IMG/VR virus record: IMGVR_UViG_2706794688_000015
Direction: 5' to 3' (one strand)
Source: a virus
Lineage: Duplodnaviria > Heunggongvirae > Uroviricota > Caudoviricetes
DNA length: 6,982 nt
Part shown: positions 1-6,466 of the stretch, piece by piece
Layout of the letters: each line of letters begins with the position of its first letter
Position numbering within the stretch: position 1 is the stretch's first letter
Notes under the pieces: generated by a model
What the model saw: only the letters and a program-made list of their open reading frames with translations
Database searches by the model: none
What the model was told of the DNA's origin: nothing
Translations under genes and position numbers: made by a program

Positions 1-120
1 TCAATGATCGGAAGTATGCCAAATCGTGATCGATTGTGATGCCAAACTGTGATCGGAGATGGATGCCAAATCATGATCGATTCGAATGCCAAACTGCGAT
101 CGATTCAGATGCCATTTTGC
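1..120. repeat. Tandem array of ~23-bp direct repeats (approx ATGCCAAAYYGTGATCGATTNNG), 4 full units plus partial units, truncated by the window start
   Basis: ATGCC core recurs at 16, 39, 63, 86, 109 (periods 23/24/23/23). Each unit carries a GATC (6-9, 28-31, 51-54, 74-77, 98-101). The array overlaps the last ~16 codons and the stop of the minus-strand ORF ending at 71. Confidence 0.8.
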
Positions 121-662
121 ACACTGAGTACTTTTTAAGCTTTGAAGCTACTCGACCAGCGTTACTATTAGCATTGGTGACGTTGGTTTTTTCAGCTTCT
201 GTTAAGTCTGAATAGTCCAGCTTCCAAGCCTTATTACATTTAATCTGAGCATCGAGAATATCATTTCTGATAGCTGGAGCGTAACCGGATACATCGCTAA
301 TATTCATTAACTCTTTGCACGATAGCATAGGCGCGTTATTGCGTTCAGTGGTCACGTTACCTGCATTCTTCTTACTGGTCACACCACCGTCATTTGTGGT
401 AGCCGTTTTGCCAGTGGCTGCTGAAATATCAGTTTGACCTACGATTGCTTTAAAGTTAATTTCCTGAAAAGTTAGCTGGATACGAAGACCGTTAGAGATA
501 GTAACATCTTTAGAGGCTTTAAAGTTGGTAATAATGGAATCGTCAATTTTAATTCCATCTTTACAGATAACAGAAATAATCTGCTTCTGGTCACGCCAGT
601 TTTCCAGAGTGTCAATGAAGTTTTCTACTAATTGACCCTGACGAGTTAATAATAAGCTTCCT
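71..662 (-). CDS. C-terminal ~197 codons of a tail-associated protein immediately downstream of the tape measure gene (possibly distal-tail/baseplate-type); open frame with no ATG/GTG/TTG until GTG at 382
   Basis: Frame is open from 685 to the TGA at 73-71 (translation ...[43 protein letters not shown]...). It lies +1 relative to the 50-codon ORF 815..663, which has the strong RBS. The supplied ORF track only reports 71..382 (GTG start). Product guess rests on position after the tape measure gene only. Confidence 0.5.
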
Positions 663-876
<214 letters not shown>

Positions 877-906
877 TATATATGTATTTTCTCTGTTAAG
901 CGTGAG

Positions 907-959
907 CTACGTGAAAAATAATTTTTGGTGTGGGTATTAACTTTGCTTTATTCACGTAG
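907..959 (-). promoter_or_regulatory. 9-bp inverted repeat CTACGTGAA / TTCACGTAG with ~35-nt AT-rich spacer, just downstream of the tape measure stop
   Basis: Arms at 907-915 and 951-959 are exact reverse complements. Not followed by a U-run on the minus strand, so not a canonical intrinsic terminator; candidate RNA structure or protein-binding site. Confidence 0.35.
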
Positions 960-971
960 AACACCGTTAAA

Positions 972-3152
972 TCATTCTTCCTCTGGATAGCTTGAACTTA
1001 AGAGCATATCCTGCGTGAACTGGTCATTAGCTGATTGATTGAAAGTAAAGAAAGATGGTTCATCTGGTCGAACGACAACTTGACCACCAAGTGAAACTTT
1101 CACTGGCTCCTGAATACGCTTACTCAAAGCACTAATTTCATCCCTCAGACCCTGAATATCTGCACTCGTTAATGCTGAATCTTGCTTAATGTTGTTTAAC
1201 TCTGGATGATTGAATCTTGCAATATTCATTGTGGCATTGTTAAACAATTCACCCATTGAACTAAAAATTCTACTCCATCCTTCGTTAATCATATTCGGTT
1301 TATTAGGGTCACCAGAATACACGGGATTAAAGTCACTACCCACACCTACCCCAGACGGATGCATATTAGCGTTTTTGACTACTTCCTGATTCATAAAATC
1401 CAGTGCTTTCTTCAATGCATATAAACCAAGAGTGACGCCTCTGATTTGTGGAATCATTGAAGCTAATGCTAACGCTGTTTCATAACCGTCATCAGCATAA
1501 CCAATTGCAAGAGCACTACCTACACCACCAGCTACACCTTTCAGTTTTCCACCACCTTTACCAGTAGCTACCTGACCAGCCACCTGATTAGCTCTTGTAC
1601 CTAACGTTGTGATTGCTCTTGTCAGGTTCATAACCCCTGTAGTAGCACTGAATAGCGTCTTTGCAGATAACGCTATAGCAAGACCTTTGACGAAGTTGAT
1701 AAAACCATCACCGACTTCATCAAGTAGTTTTCGTTTAGTGTCATCAAGGCTGTAATAGAACTTCTTAGTCTGTAAAATCCAGCCTTCAATGGTGTTATTG
1801 AATACGCGAATATCATCTACACCAGCTTTAAGCATGTCGATAAGTCCACCGATAGCATCACCAGCGATAGAAGAACTCATCCCCATTTCACTAAGCAGGT
1901 TACTCAGGCTGGATAAGAAGCCGTTTAGCTCATCCTGTGAACCTGAGAAGATTTTCACCATCGTATCATCCCAATTGTTTGCTAACTTACCTAAAGCTGT
2001 CTGAGTGCTCTTAGTGACTTCAGCCCAGCCACCCGCTTTATCAATCATCAAGCCCATCTGTTTAGCGACTTTAGGGAGAGTATCAGCGGAAAGTACCTTC
2101 CCGTTTTTCATGGCTGCATCAAGCTCTGTAGCAGTCATACCCAATGCTTCAGCGAATAGCTTAAATGCACCAGCCATACGGTCACCTAACTGCCCACGTA
2201 ATTCCTCAGCCTGAATCTTGCCCTTGCTCGCCATCTGCTCAAATGCTCTCAAAATGCCGTTTAGCTCATCGTTAGAAAGCCCCATTAAGCGACTCATAGC
2301 CGTTGCATTACCAAATAGCTCCTGTGTCTGTTCCTGTGACATAGAACCCTGAGCACCTGCTGCAAACTTAGCGTAGCTTGATAGCCCTTCAGAGATATTA
2401 AGACCTGTCTTGTCTGCTAAATTTCGAATAAATACCTCAGCTTCAGATGCTTTATCACCAAGTACAAACTTAGCGGCTCTCTGTGCGGAATCTCGTTTAA
2501 GACCTGCATTCATAATGGCCTTGTAAGCGTTAAGAGCACCCATCACAGAGTAAAATGCACCAGATAATTTAATCGCATTGCTTGCAAGATTATTAAATGC
2601 GTCGCTTGTATTGTTAATGCTGGCGGTCTTTGTCTGTGACCTGAGTTTATTCAACGTTTCACGAAGAGATTGATTTAATTTTGCAAGTTCAGCGTTAAAC
2701 TTTTCACTTCCAATATTACCAGCCTTACCGCTTAAGCTGTAATACTGTGCTTTAAACATTTTAGCCATCAGCGGATTAATATCACCAAGCTTAGACATAT
2801 TCACGCTATGCGCTGCTGTGATTGCTCTGTTTCCGCTAATTCGTGGTTGCCTTGATTGTTTTGGAGGATTAACAGTGTCATTAAATCTGGTGGCAAACTG
2901 AAATGCTTTTGTGCTTCTTGCTCTCTGCTCAATCTTGTCAAAGGTCTTATTAAACTTCCTTTCAAGCTGCCCTAAAGAACTTGTCAGATTGCTGTCAAGT
3001 TGCTTGGTATCGACCTTAAACGCTCTATTCAAATTGCGTTCAATTCTTTGTGCTGACTGCAAAGCTGCCTTTTCAACTCTTTGCAAGCCCTTAATAACGT
3101 TTTCACTGAAACTAAGTTCAACGATAAAACTATCAACTGTGAATTTGCTCAT
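972..3152 (-). CDS. Phage tail tape measure protein (726 aa)
   Basis: Long uninterrupted ORF with RBS AGAGGTGA 7 nt before the ATG at 3152. Protein is Ala/Gly/Leu/Lys/Gln-rich, with a Gly-rich stretch (GKGGGKLKGVAGGVGSALAIGY) and a central segment (GLSSYAKFAAGAQGSMSQEQTQELFGNATAMSRLMGLSNDELNGILRAFEQMASKGKIQAEELRGQLGDRMAGAFKLF) of the kind I recognise from tape-measure N-terminal domains. Call is by recall, not search. Confidence 0.8.
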   Translation of the reverse strand: MSKFTVDSFIVELSFSENVIKGLQRVEKAALQSAQRIERNLNRAFKVDTKQLDSNLTSSLGQLERKFNKTFDKIEQRARSTKAFQFATRFNDTVNPPKQSRQPRISGNRAITAAHSVNMSKLGDINPLMAKMFKAQYYSLSGKAGNIGSEKFNAELAKLNQSLRETLNKLRSQTKTASINNTSDAFNNLASNAIKLSGAFYSVMGALNAYKAIMNAGLKRDSAQRAAKFVLGDKASEAEVFIRNLADKTGLNISEGLSSYAKFAAGAQGSMSQEQTQELFGNATAMSRLMGLSNDELNGILRAFEQMASKGKIQAEELRGQLGDRMAGAFKLFAEALGMTATELDAAMKNGKVLSADTLPKVAKQMGLMIDKAGGWAEVTKSTQTALGKLANNWDDTMVKIFSGSQDELNGFLSSLSNLLSEMGMSSSIAGDAIGGLIDMLKAGVDDIRVFNNTIEGWILQTKKFYYSLDDTKRKLLDEVGDGFINFVKGLAIALSAKTLFSATTGVMNLTRAITTLGTRANQVAGQVATGKGGGKLKGVAGGVGSALAIGYADDGYETALALASMIPQIRGVTLGLYALKKALDFMNQEVVKNANMHPSGVGVGSDFNPVYSGDPNKPNMINEGWSRIFSSMGELFNNATMNIARFNHPELNNIKQDSALTSADIQGLRDEISALSKRIQEPVKVSLGGQVVVRPDEPSFFTFNQSANDQFTQDMLLSSSYPEEE

Positions 3153-3182
3153 TCATGTTTCACCTCTTTAAGTGTTCATATA

Positions 3183-3225
3183 CGAAAAAGGGAAAGACTA
3201 CCGATATCACTCGATAATCTCTCCC
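3183..3225 (-). terminator. Possible intrinsic terminator/attenuator between the 68-aa gene and the tape measure gene
   Basis: Minus-strand RNA: GGGAGAGA (3225-3218), 20-nt loop, UCUUUCCC (3197-3190) giving an 8-bp stem with one G-U pair, followed by UUUUU (3189-3185). Loop is long and the position inside an operon is unusual, hence low confidence. Confidence 0.3.
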
Positions 3226-3250
3226 GTAGATTTTCACCCAACCAATCTTG

Positions 3251-3457
3251 TTACCTAACCAGATAATAATTACCATCTTCACCAACAATCTGACAATCAC
3301 TTGGTAATTTATCAAGACACCACTTAGCTATTTTCCTGATTCTATTCTTTTGCTTAGAGGAGGTGAATGATTTGATTCGTTTTGGTTTGTTGGGTTGTTC
3401 TTTCAATCGTTCACTAATTGCTTTAATAAGCTCATAGCGTTCTGTTAAATCAATCAT
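3251..3457 (-). CDS. Hypothetical small basic protein (68 aa)
   Basis: ATG at 3457 preceded by AAAAGGTGGTGA; Lys/Arg-rich middle (KPKRIKSFTSSKQKNRIRKIAKW). Same frame as the upstream 236-aa gene but separated by two stops (TAA, TGA). Confidence 0.55.
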   Translation of the reverse strand: MIDLTERYELIKAISERLKEQPNKPKRIKSFTSSKQKNRIRKIAKWCLDKLPSDCQIVGEDGNYYLVR

Positions 3458-3481
3458 TCACCACCACCTTTTAATTATTAA

Positions 3482-4192
3482 TTAAATAGCCTTTGCATAT
3501 TTGCTAGAAATCTTCGTAAGCTGCTCAATATCAGCCTGCATAGCAATCTTCTTAGCATCTTCATATTCTTTCACAAGCTCTTTCATAGCCTGAAGCTCTC
3601 TTGAGAGATACAACTTAACATTATCAAGTTGCTTGTTACGTGATGCCAAGATGTTCTGTCTAGCAATTTCAGCGAGTTCTTCATCGCTCTTATTAGTCAT
3701 GTAAATAAACTGACCAGCACCTCTTGATGCCTTAACCATCTTCACAATTCGATGTCCAGCAGGAAGACTACTAATCACGGCTGCGACGTTTTCTTGAAAA
3801 GTACCAAAACCATCATTATCTTCGTATTGGTAATAGACAAATGGTTTCTGTGACAATTCATCCTGAATCTCAAATTCTGACGGCTCAATAGCTGATTGCA
3901 TCAAGGTAACTTTGCTGTAAGCGTCATCTAATCTAAGGCGCTGTTCTTTCAGCAGTTGGTAATATTTCTTTTCAAGCTCAAGTAATGCTTCACTCTTGCA
4001 AATATCAGGCATCTCTTGAGGCTCAGGAGACACAAAGATGGTTGTTTTTGGTGACATCTTTAGCGATTGCTCAAGCTCAATACGCTTGTCATGCTCTTTA
4101 CGCTGAATAGTGATAGCTGGATGTTCAGTCTGTGGCGACCAGTCACTGAAGCTATCAATCACTTTGCCATTAATGTAAATATCATTTGTCAT
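3482..4192 (-). CDS. Hypothetical protein (236 aa from the RBS-supported ATG at 4192), acidic with a predicted coiled-coil C-terminus
   Basis: ORF track gives 3482..4240 from a GTG with no spacer to any SD. The internal ATG at 4192 is preceded by AGAGGAAAAGCA and starts MTNDIYINGK. No recognisable tail-tube or chaperone signature by eye. Confidence 0.6.
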   Translation of the reverse strand: MTNDIYINGKVIDSFSDWSPQTEHPAITIQRKEHDKRIELEQSLKMSPKTTIFVSPEPQEMPDICKSEALLELEKKYYQLLKEQRLRLDDAYSKVTLMQSAIEPSEFEIQDELSQKPFVYYQYEDNDGFGTFQENVAAVISSLPAGHRIVKMVKASRGAGQFIYMTNKSDEELAEIARQNILASRNKQLDNVKLYLSRELQAMKELVKEYEDAKKIAMQADIEQLTKISSKYAKAI

Positions 4193-4240
4193 TGCTTTTC
4201 CTCTTCTAAGCGGAAGTGTTTCAGTTTTTAAAAAGCACAC

Positions 4241-4590
4241 CTGACAGCCTATCTAAACTTAGAAGAGACTTAAAAGGCGGTTTGCCAAGTATGCTTTTTA
4301 AAAGCTGAATAGCCCTAGATAATTTCTTATAAAGGGCCATTCATAAGGTGAAGAAATTAAAACATCTAAAGGATTCAAAAAGGATTCAAACGAATGAACA
4401 AGAGTACTTTTCGAGATGACCTCTCAGACTAACCTGAAAGGTCATGTAGCGAAAAGCATTGCACCTTTCAGAATAACTATCATTGATGTAGAATGATTAA
4501 TAGTTTAATTCAGGAAGAGTTGCTCTTCCCTATTACCATCATCTCATGCTTAAGGTTATTTGTCAACAGCTTTTTAACAGATTGGTAACA
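4241..4590. other. ~350-bp noncoding, structured region between gene blocks: 11-bp tandem direct repeat AGGATTCAAAA (4370-4391), imperfect 12-bp-stem hairpin (4416-4445), 7-bp-stem hairpin GGAAGAG-ttg-CTCTTCC (4513-4529), TTGACA on the minus strand at 4566-4561
   Basis: No ORF with a credible RBS on either strand; repeats and inverted repeats read directly from the sequence. Confidence 0.5.
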
Positions 4591-4668
4591 TCAATTCTTA
4601 TTTACCGTATTACCTACCCAGCAACCAACAAATAACCCTAAAGTCATCCAGAGAATAACGAGTGTCAT
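4591..4668 (-). CDS. Putative 25-aa hydrophobic micropeptide (MTLVILWMTLGLFVGCWVGNTVNKN), translationally coupled to the upstream 101-aa gene
   Basis: ATG overlaps the TAA stop of the 101-aa ORF (TAATG at 4670-4666); GAGGTGA sits 5 nt upstream; stop TGA at 4593-4591. Below the ORF-track length cutoff. Confidence 0.3.
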   Translation of the reverse strand: MTLVILWMTLGLFVGCWVGNTVNKN

Positions 4669-4973
4669 TACATCACCTCGCTGTAAGGGTTTAATTCATT
4701 CTGATAGGTCAAGAATACATTCAGCTTCAATAATTGCTCAGGGCTTAAATCAAGTCGATTGCACTCTTCAATGATAAAGCGCTTATTGTATGGGTCTGTT
4801 ACTTCCAGCTTGTGAACATAGTCACCAAGTTTAATTTCGTTGATTATATGCTTGTCAATATACGTTGACGCTTCAAAACAATGCATGAAATAGATATTAA
4901 AGCCCGACCTGTTCAGGTCAATCAACCAATTCATGGTTTCTTGGTCAACCATAATTTGCATTGGGTAATTCAT
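4668..4973 (-). CDS. Hypothetical protein (101 aa)
   Basis: ATG at 4973 preceded by AGGAAGGA; a -10-like TAGAAT lies at 5002-4997 on the minus strand. Confidence 0.6.
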   Translation of the reverse strand: MNYPMQIMVDQETMNWLIDLNRSGFNIYFMHCFEASTYIDKHIINEIKLGDYVHKLEVTDPYNKRFIIEECNRLDLSPEQLLKLNVFLTYQNELNPYSEVM

Positions 4974-5119
4974 TTTTAAAATCCTTCCTGTATCGCATTC
5001 TAAGACGTTTTAACCCCTTTTTTAGACCACTTAAGGCGATTCCCTAAGTTACCCTGATTAGGGGCTTAAAAACGTTTCTGGTGCGTCTGGTAAAGCCTGA
5101 GAGATATGTTTTGCTGTTT

Positions 5120-5335
5120 TTAGCTCAAGTCTGAGACTAATAGCCCCATCTGGTGACCGTAGTCTTTTAACCAGCTTTGCTTAACCGGAGTCTTCAGAGA
5201 ATAGTTAGGGGCTGACAAGTGAAGATAGATATCATCTTTGCCGTGGATACTTCCCCATCCTTCGTATAACTCAAGCAAGTTTTCAAAATAACGAAATGCT
5301 TTATTAGTCTGAAGTTGTACTGTGATAGTTTTCAT
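5120..5335 (-). CDS. Hypothetical small protein (71 aa, MKTITVQLQTNKAF...), third gene of a coupled cassette
   Basis: ATG at 5335 overlaps the TGA stop of the upstream gene (TGATG), with GGGGTG upstream. The ORF track's longer start at 5347 lacks an SD. Confidence 0.55.
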   Translation of the reverse strand: MKTITVQLQTNKAFRYFENLLELYEGWGSIHGKDDIYLHLSAPNYSLKTPVKQSWLKDYGHQMGLLVSDLS

Positions 5336-5556
5336 CAAGCACCCCATTCAGAAATAAGCTTAATTCCCTGCTCAAGCTGTTCAGGGTCGTTATAGTCGAG
5401 TATTACCAGTGGCTTTAATTCGTGTTTAAGCTGGTGGATTTGAGAGGGTTTTAATCGTTTGTTTGCTTTGAGGGTCACATCTTCAAATTCAGCATCTGCT
5501 AAATTCTGTCTGATTAGGTGGCGGCCAAGTGTGGAATATTGGAACCTATAACACAT
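5335..5556 (-). CDS. Hypothetical small protein (73 aa), second gene of the coupled cassette
   Basis: ATG at 5556 overlaps the TAA stop of the upstream gene (TAATG) and is preceded by GGAGG at 5-nt spacing. Confidence 0.6.
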   Translation of the reverse strand: MCYRFQYSTLGRHLIRQNLADAEFEDVTLKANKRLKPSQIHQLKHELKPLVILDYNDPEQLEQGIKLISEWGA

Positions 5557-5846
5557 TAAACCTCCAATCTATCCGCCAGTTGATGGACCTTAGCGCTTAA
5601 CACCTGAATCATTGAGCAACCTGCTACTGCGGACTGTGCTTTGAGTAGTTCCAGTTGGCCCGTTGTGATTCTGATGGCCTTAGAACCCTCTGCGACGCCC
5701 TTAACGTTATCGAAAGGGCTAAGGTTTACCGACTCTTTTAAAATCTCCCCAACAAGCGCTGTGTGCTTCATATCGGGATATTTGGCTTTGATTGCTGCCA
5801 GTCGTTCAAATGCCTCTGGCAAAAGGCGCGTAACTGTGTGAGTCAT
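5556..5846 (-). CDS. Putative DNA-binding protein (96 aa) with two ribbon-helix-helix-like segments; first gene of the coupled cassette
   Basis: ATG at 5846 preceded by AAGGAGA (the track's start at 5876 has no SD). N-terminal TVTRLLPEAFERLAAIKAKYPDMKHTALVGEILKE and C-terminal AIRITTGQLELLKAQSAVAGCSMIQVLSAKV both fit a strand-helix-helix pattern as in Arc/CopG-type repressors. Pattern-based inference only. Confidence 0.55.
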   Translation of the reverse strand: MTHTVTRLLPEAFERLAAIKAKYPDMKHTALVGEILKESVNLSPFDNVKGVAEGSKAIRITTGQLELLKAQSAVAGCSMIQVLSAKVHQLADRLEV

Positions 5847-5904
5847 TGTAAAAATCTCCTTAAATCTCTTACTCATACTACAATCTTAACATCTATTTAA
5901 CATA

Positions 5905-5933
5905 TTGTCAGTACCTCATTTACATGATACTAT
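5905..5933 (+). promoter_or_regulatory. Sigma70-like promoter: -35 TTGTCA (5905-5910), 17-bp spacer, -10 TACTAT (5928-5933), driving the plus-strand small gene and overlapping the upstream region of the divergent minus-strand cassette
   Basis: Hexamers and spacing read directly; ~50 nt upstream of the ATG at 5984. ATACTA also recurs at 5875-5880 and 5927-5932. Confidence 0.45.
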
Positions 5934-5983
5934 GGTTGTAGGGGCTGATACAGGTGCTGTTTCCTTTCACAAAAGGAAAATTA

Positions 5984-6160
5984 ATGCATGATTTTTTCAC
6001 AGCAATTATTGAATCTCATCGTTTTAGCTCGTTGGGCTTTGCGGTATTTATTGTGCTATTGGTGTTTTGCGTTATGAATCGAGTCATTACAAAAAAGACA
6101 AAGCTTACAATTCGACTTAAACTTCTTCGTGTTGAGATAGAGATTTCAGTAAATAAATAG
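5984..6160 (+). CDS. Small single-pass membrane protein (58 aa, MHDFFTAIIESHRFSSLGFAVFIVLLVFCVMNRVITKKTKLTIRLKLLRVEIEISVNK), the only plus-strand gene
   Basis: ATG at 5984 preceded by AAAGGAAAA; one hydrophobic segment (LGFAVFIVLLVFCVM) followed by a Lys/Arg-rich tail; own promoter; convergent with the 98-aa gene (9-bp gap). Confidence 0.5.
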   Translation: MHDFFTAIIESHRFSSLGFAVFIVLLVFCVMNRVITKKTKLTIRLKLLRVEIEISVNK

Positions 6161-6169
6161 CTGGTGGCC

Positions 6170-6466
6170 TTACCGGCACTTTCCCTTGATAATATTGGTG
6201 GCCCTCAGATTACCGGGGTCACCGTCTTTTAATCGTAGCTGGTGGACTGAATCCCATAAATCGTAATGATACAGCACCGCAAACTTCAAAGCGTCAATCT
6301 TTAAATCTGTCACATCATCGACGAAATAATAATCCCTCCCTTCTTTCTTCGGTCGAATCCGGTAAACTTCCCCGTGAGTATCTTTCATCAAGTAACCTTC
6401 ACGAGAAATGCTGTAACGTCTGAGTAAATAGTCACGGTATTTTCTCTCGCCATTATAAGTTTTCAT
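6170..6466 (-). CDS. Hypothetical protein (98 aa), translationally coupled to the upstream acidic protein
   Basis: ATG at 6466 overlaps the TAA stop of the upstream ORF (TAATG) and is preceded by GGAGGA. Confidence 0.6.
   Translation of the reverse strand: MKTYNGERKYRDYLLRRYSISREGYLMKDTHGEVYRIRPKKEGRDYYFVDDVTDLKIDALKFAVLYHYDLWDSVHQLRLKDGDPGNLRATNIIKGKCR

Noticed and set aside
1-120. CRISPR array interpretation of the tandem repeats
   Set aside because: Units are directly adjacent with no unique spacers; the period is the repeat itself.
1789-2214. Plus-strand ORFs 1789..2004 and 2005..2214 (71 and 69 aa)
   Set aside because: Entirely antisense to the tape measure gene, no Shine-Dalgarno, Ala/Ser/Pro-rich translations typical of reverse-frame artefacts.
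2911-3266. Plus-strand ORFs 2911..3171 and 3081..3266
   Set aside because: Antisense to the 5' end of the tape measure gene and its leader; no RBS; Leu/Ser-rich low-information translation.
3458-3484. Stop-codon readthrough or G/GT-style frameshift joining the 236-aa and 68-aa ORFs
   Set aside because: Two in-frame stops (TAA 3484-3482, TGA 3460-3458) separate them, and the 68-aa ORF has its own SD and ATG.
4193-4240. Longer starts from the ORF track (GTG 4240, ATG 5876, ATG 5347, GTG 5954)
   Set aside because: None has a correctly spaced SD, while the internal ATGs at 4192, 5846, 5335 and 5984 do; the shorter starts also give the stop/start coupling.
4221-4340. Minus-strand 39-aa ORF (MALYKKLSRAIQLL...) in the noncoding region
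   Set aside because: No Shine-Dalgarno upstream, whereas the confident genes here all have strong SDs; probably a chance ORF in AT-rich DNA.
4370-4391. tRNA T-loop-like GGATTCAAA motif
   Set aside because: Lacks the invariant C of the TTC motif and no acceptor or anticodon stem can be built around it; it is a tandem direct repeat.
5641-5841. Plus-strand ORF 5641..5841 (66 aa)
   Set aside because: Antisense to the RBS-supported 96-aa RHH-like gene; no SD.
6160-6235. Intrinsic terminator after the plus-strand small gene
   Set aside because: Only 3-bp stems can be drawn before the TCTTTT run at 6226-6231; not convincing.
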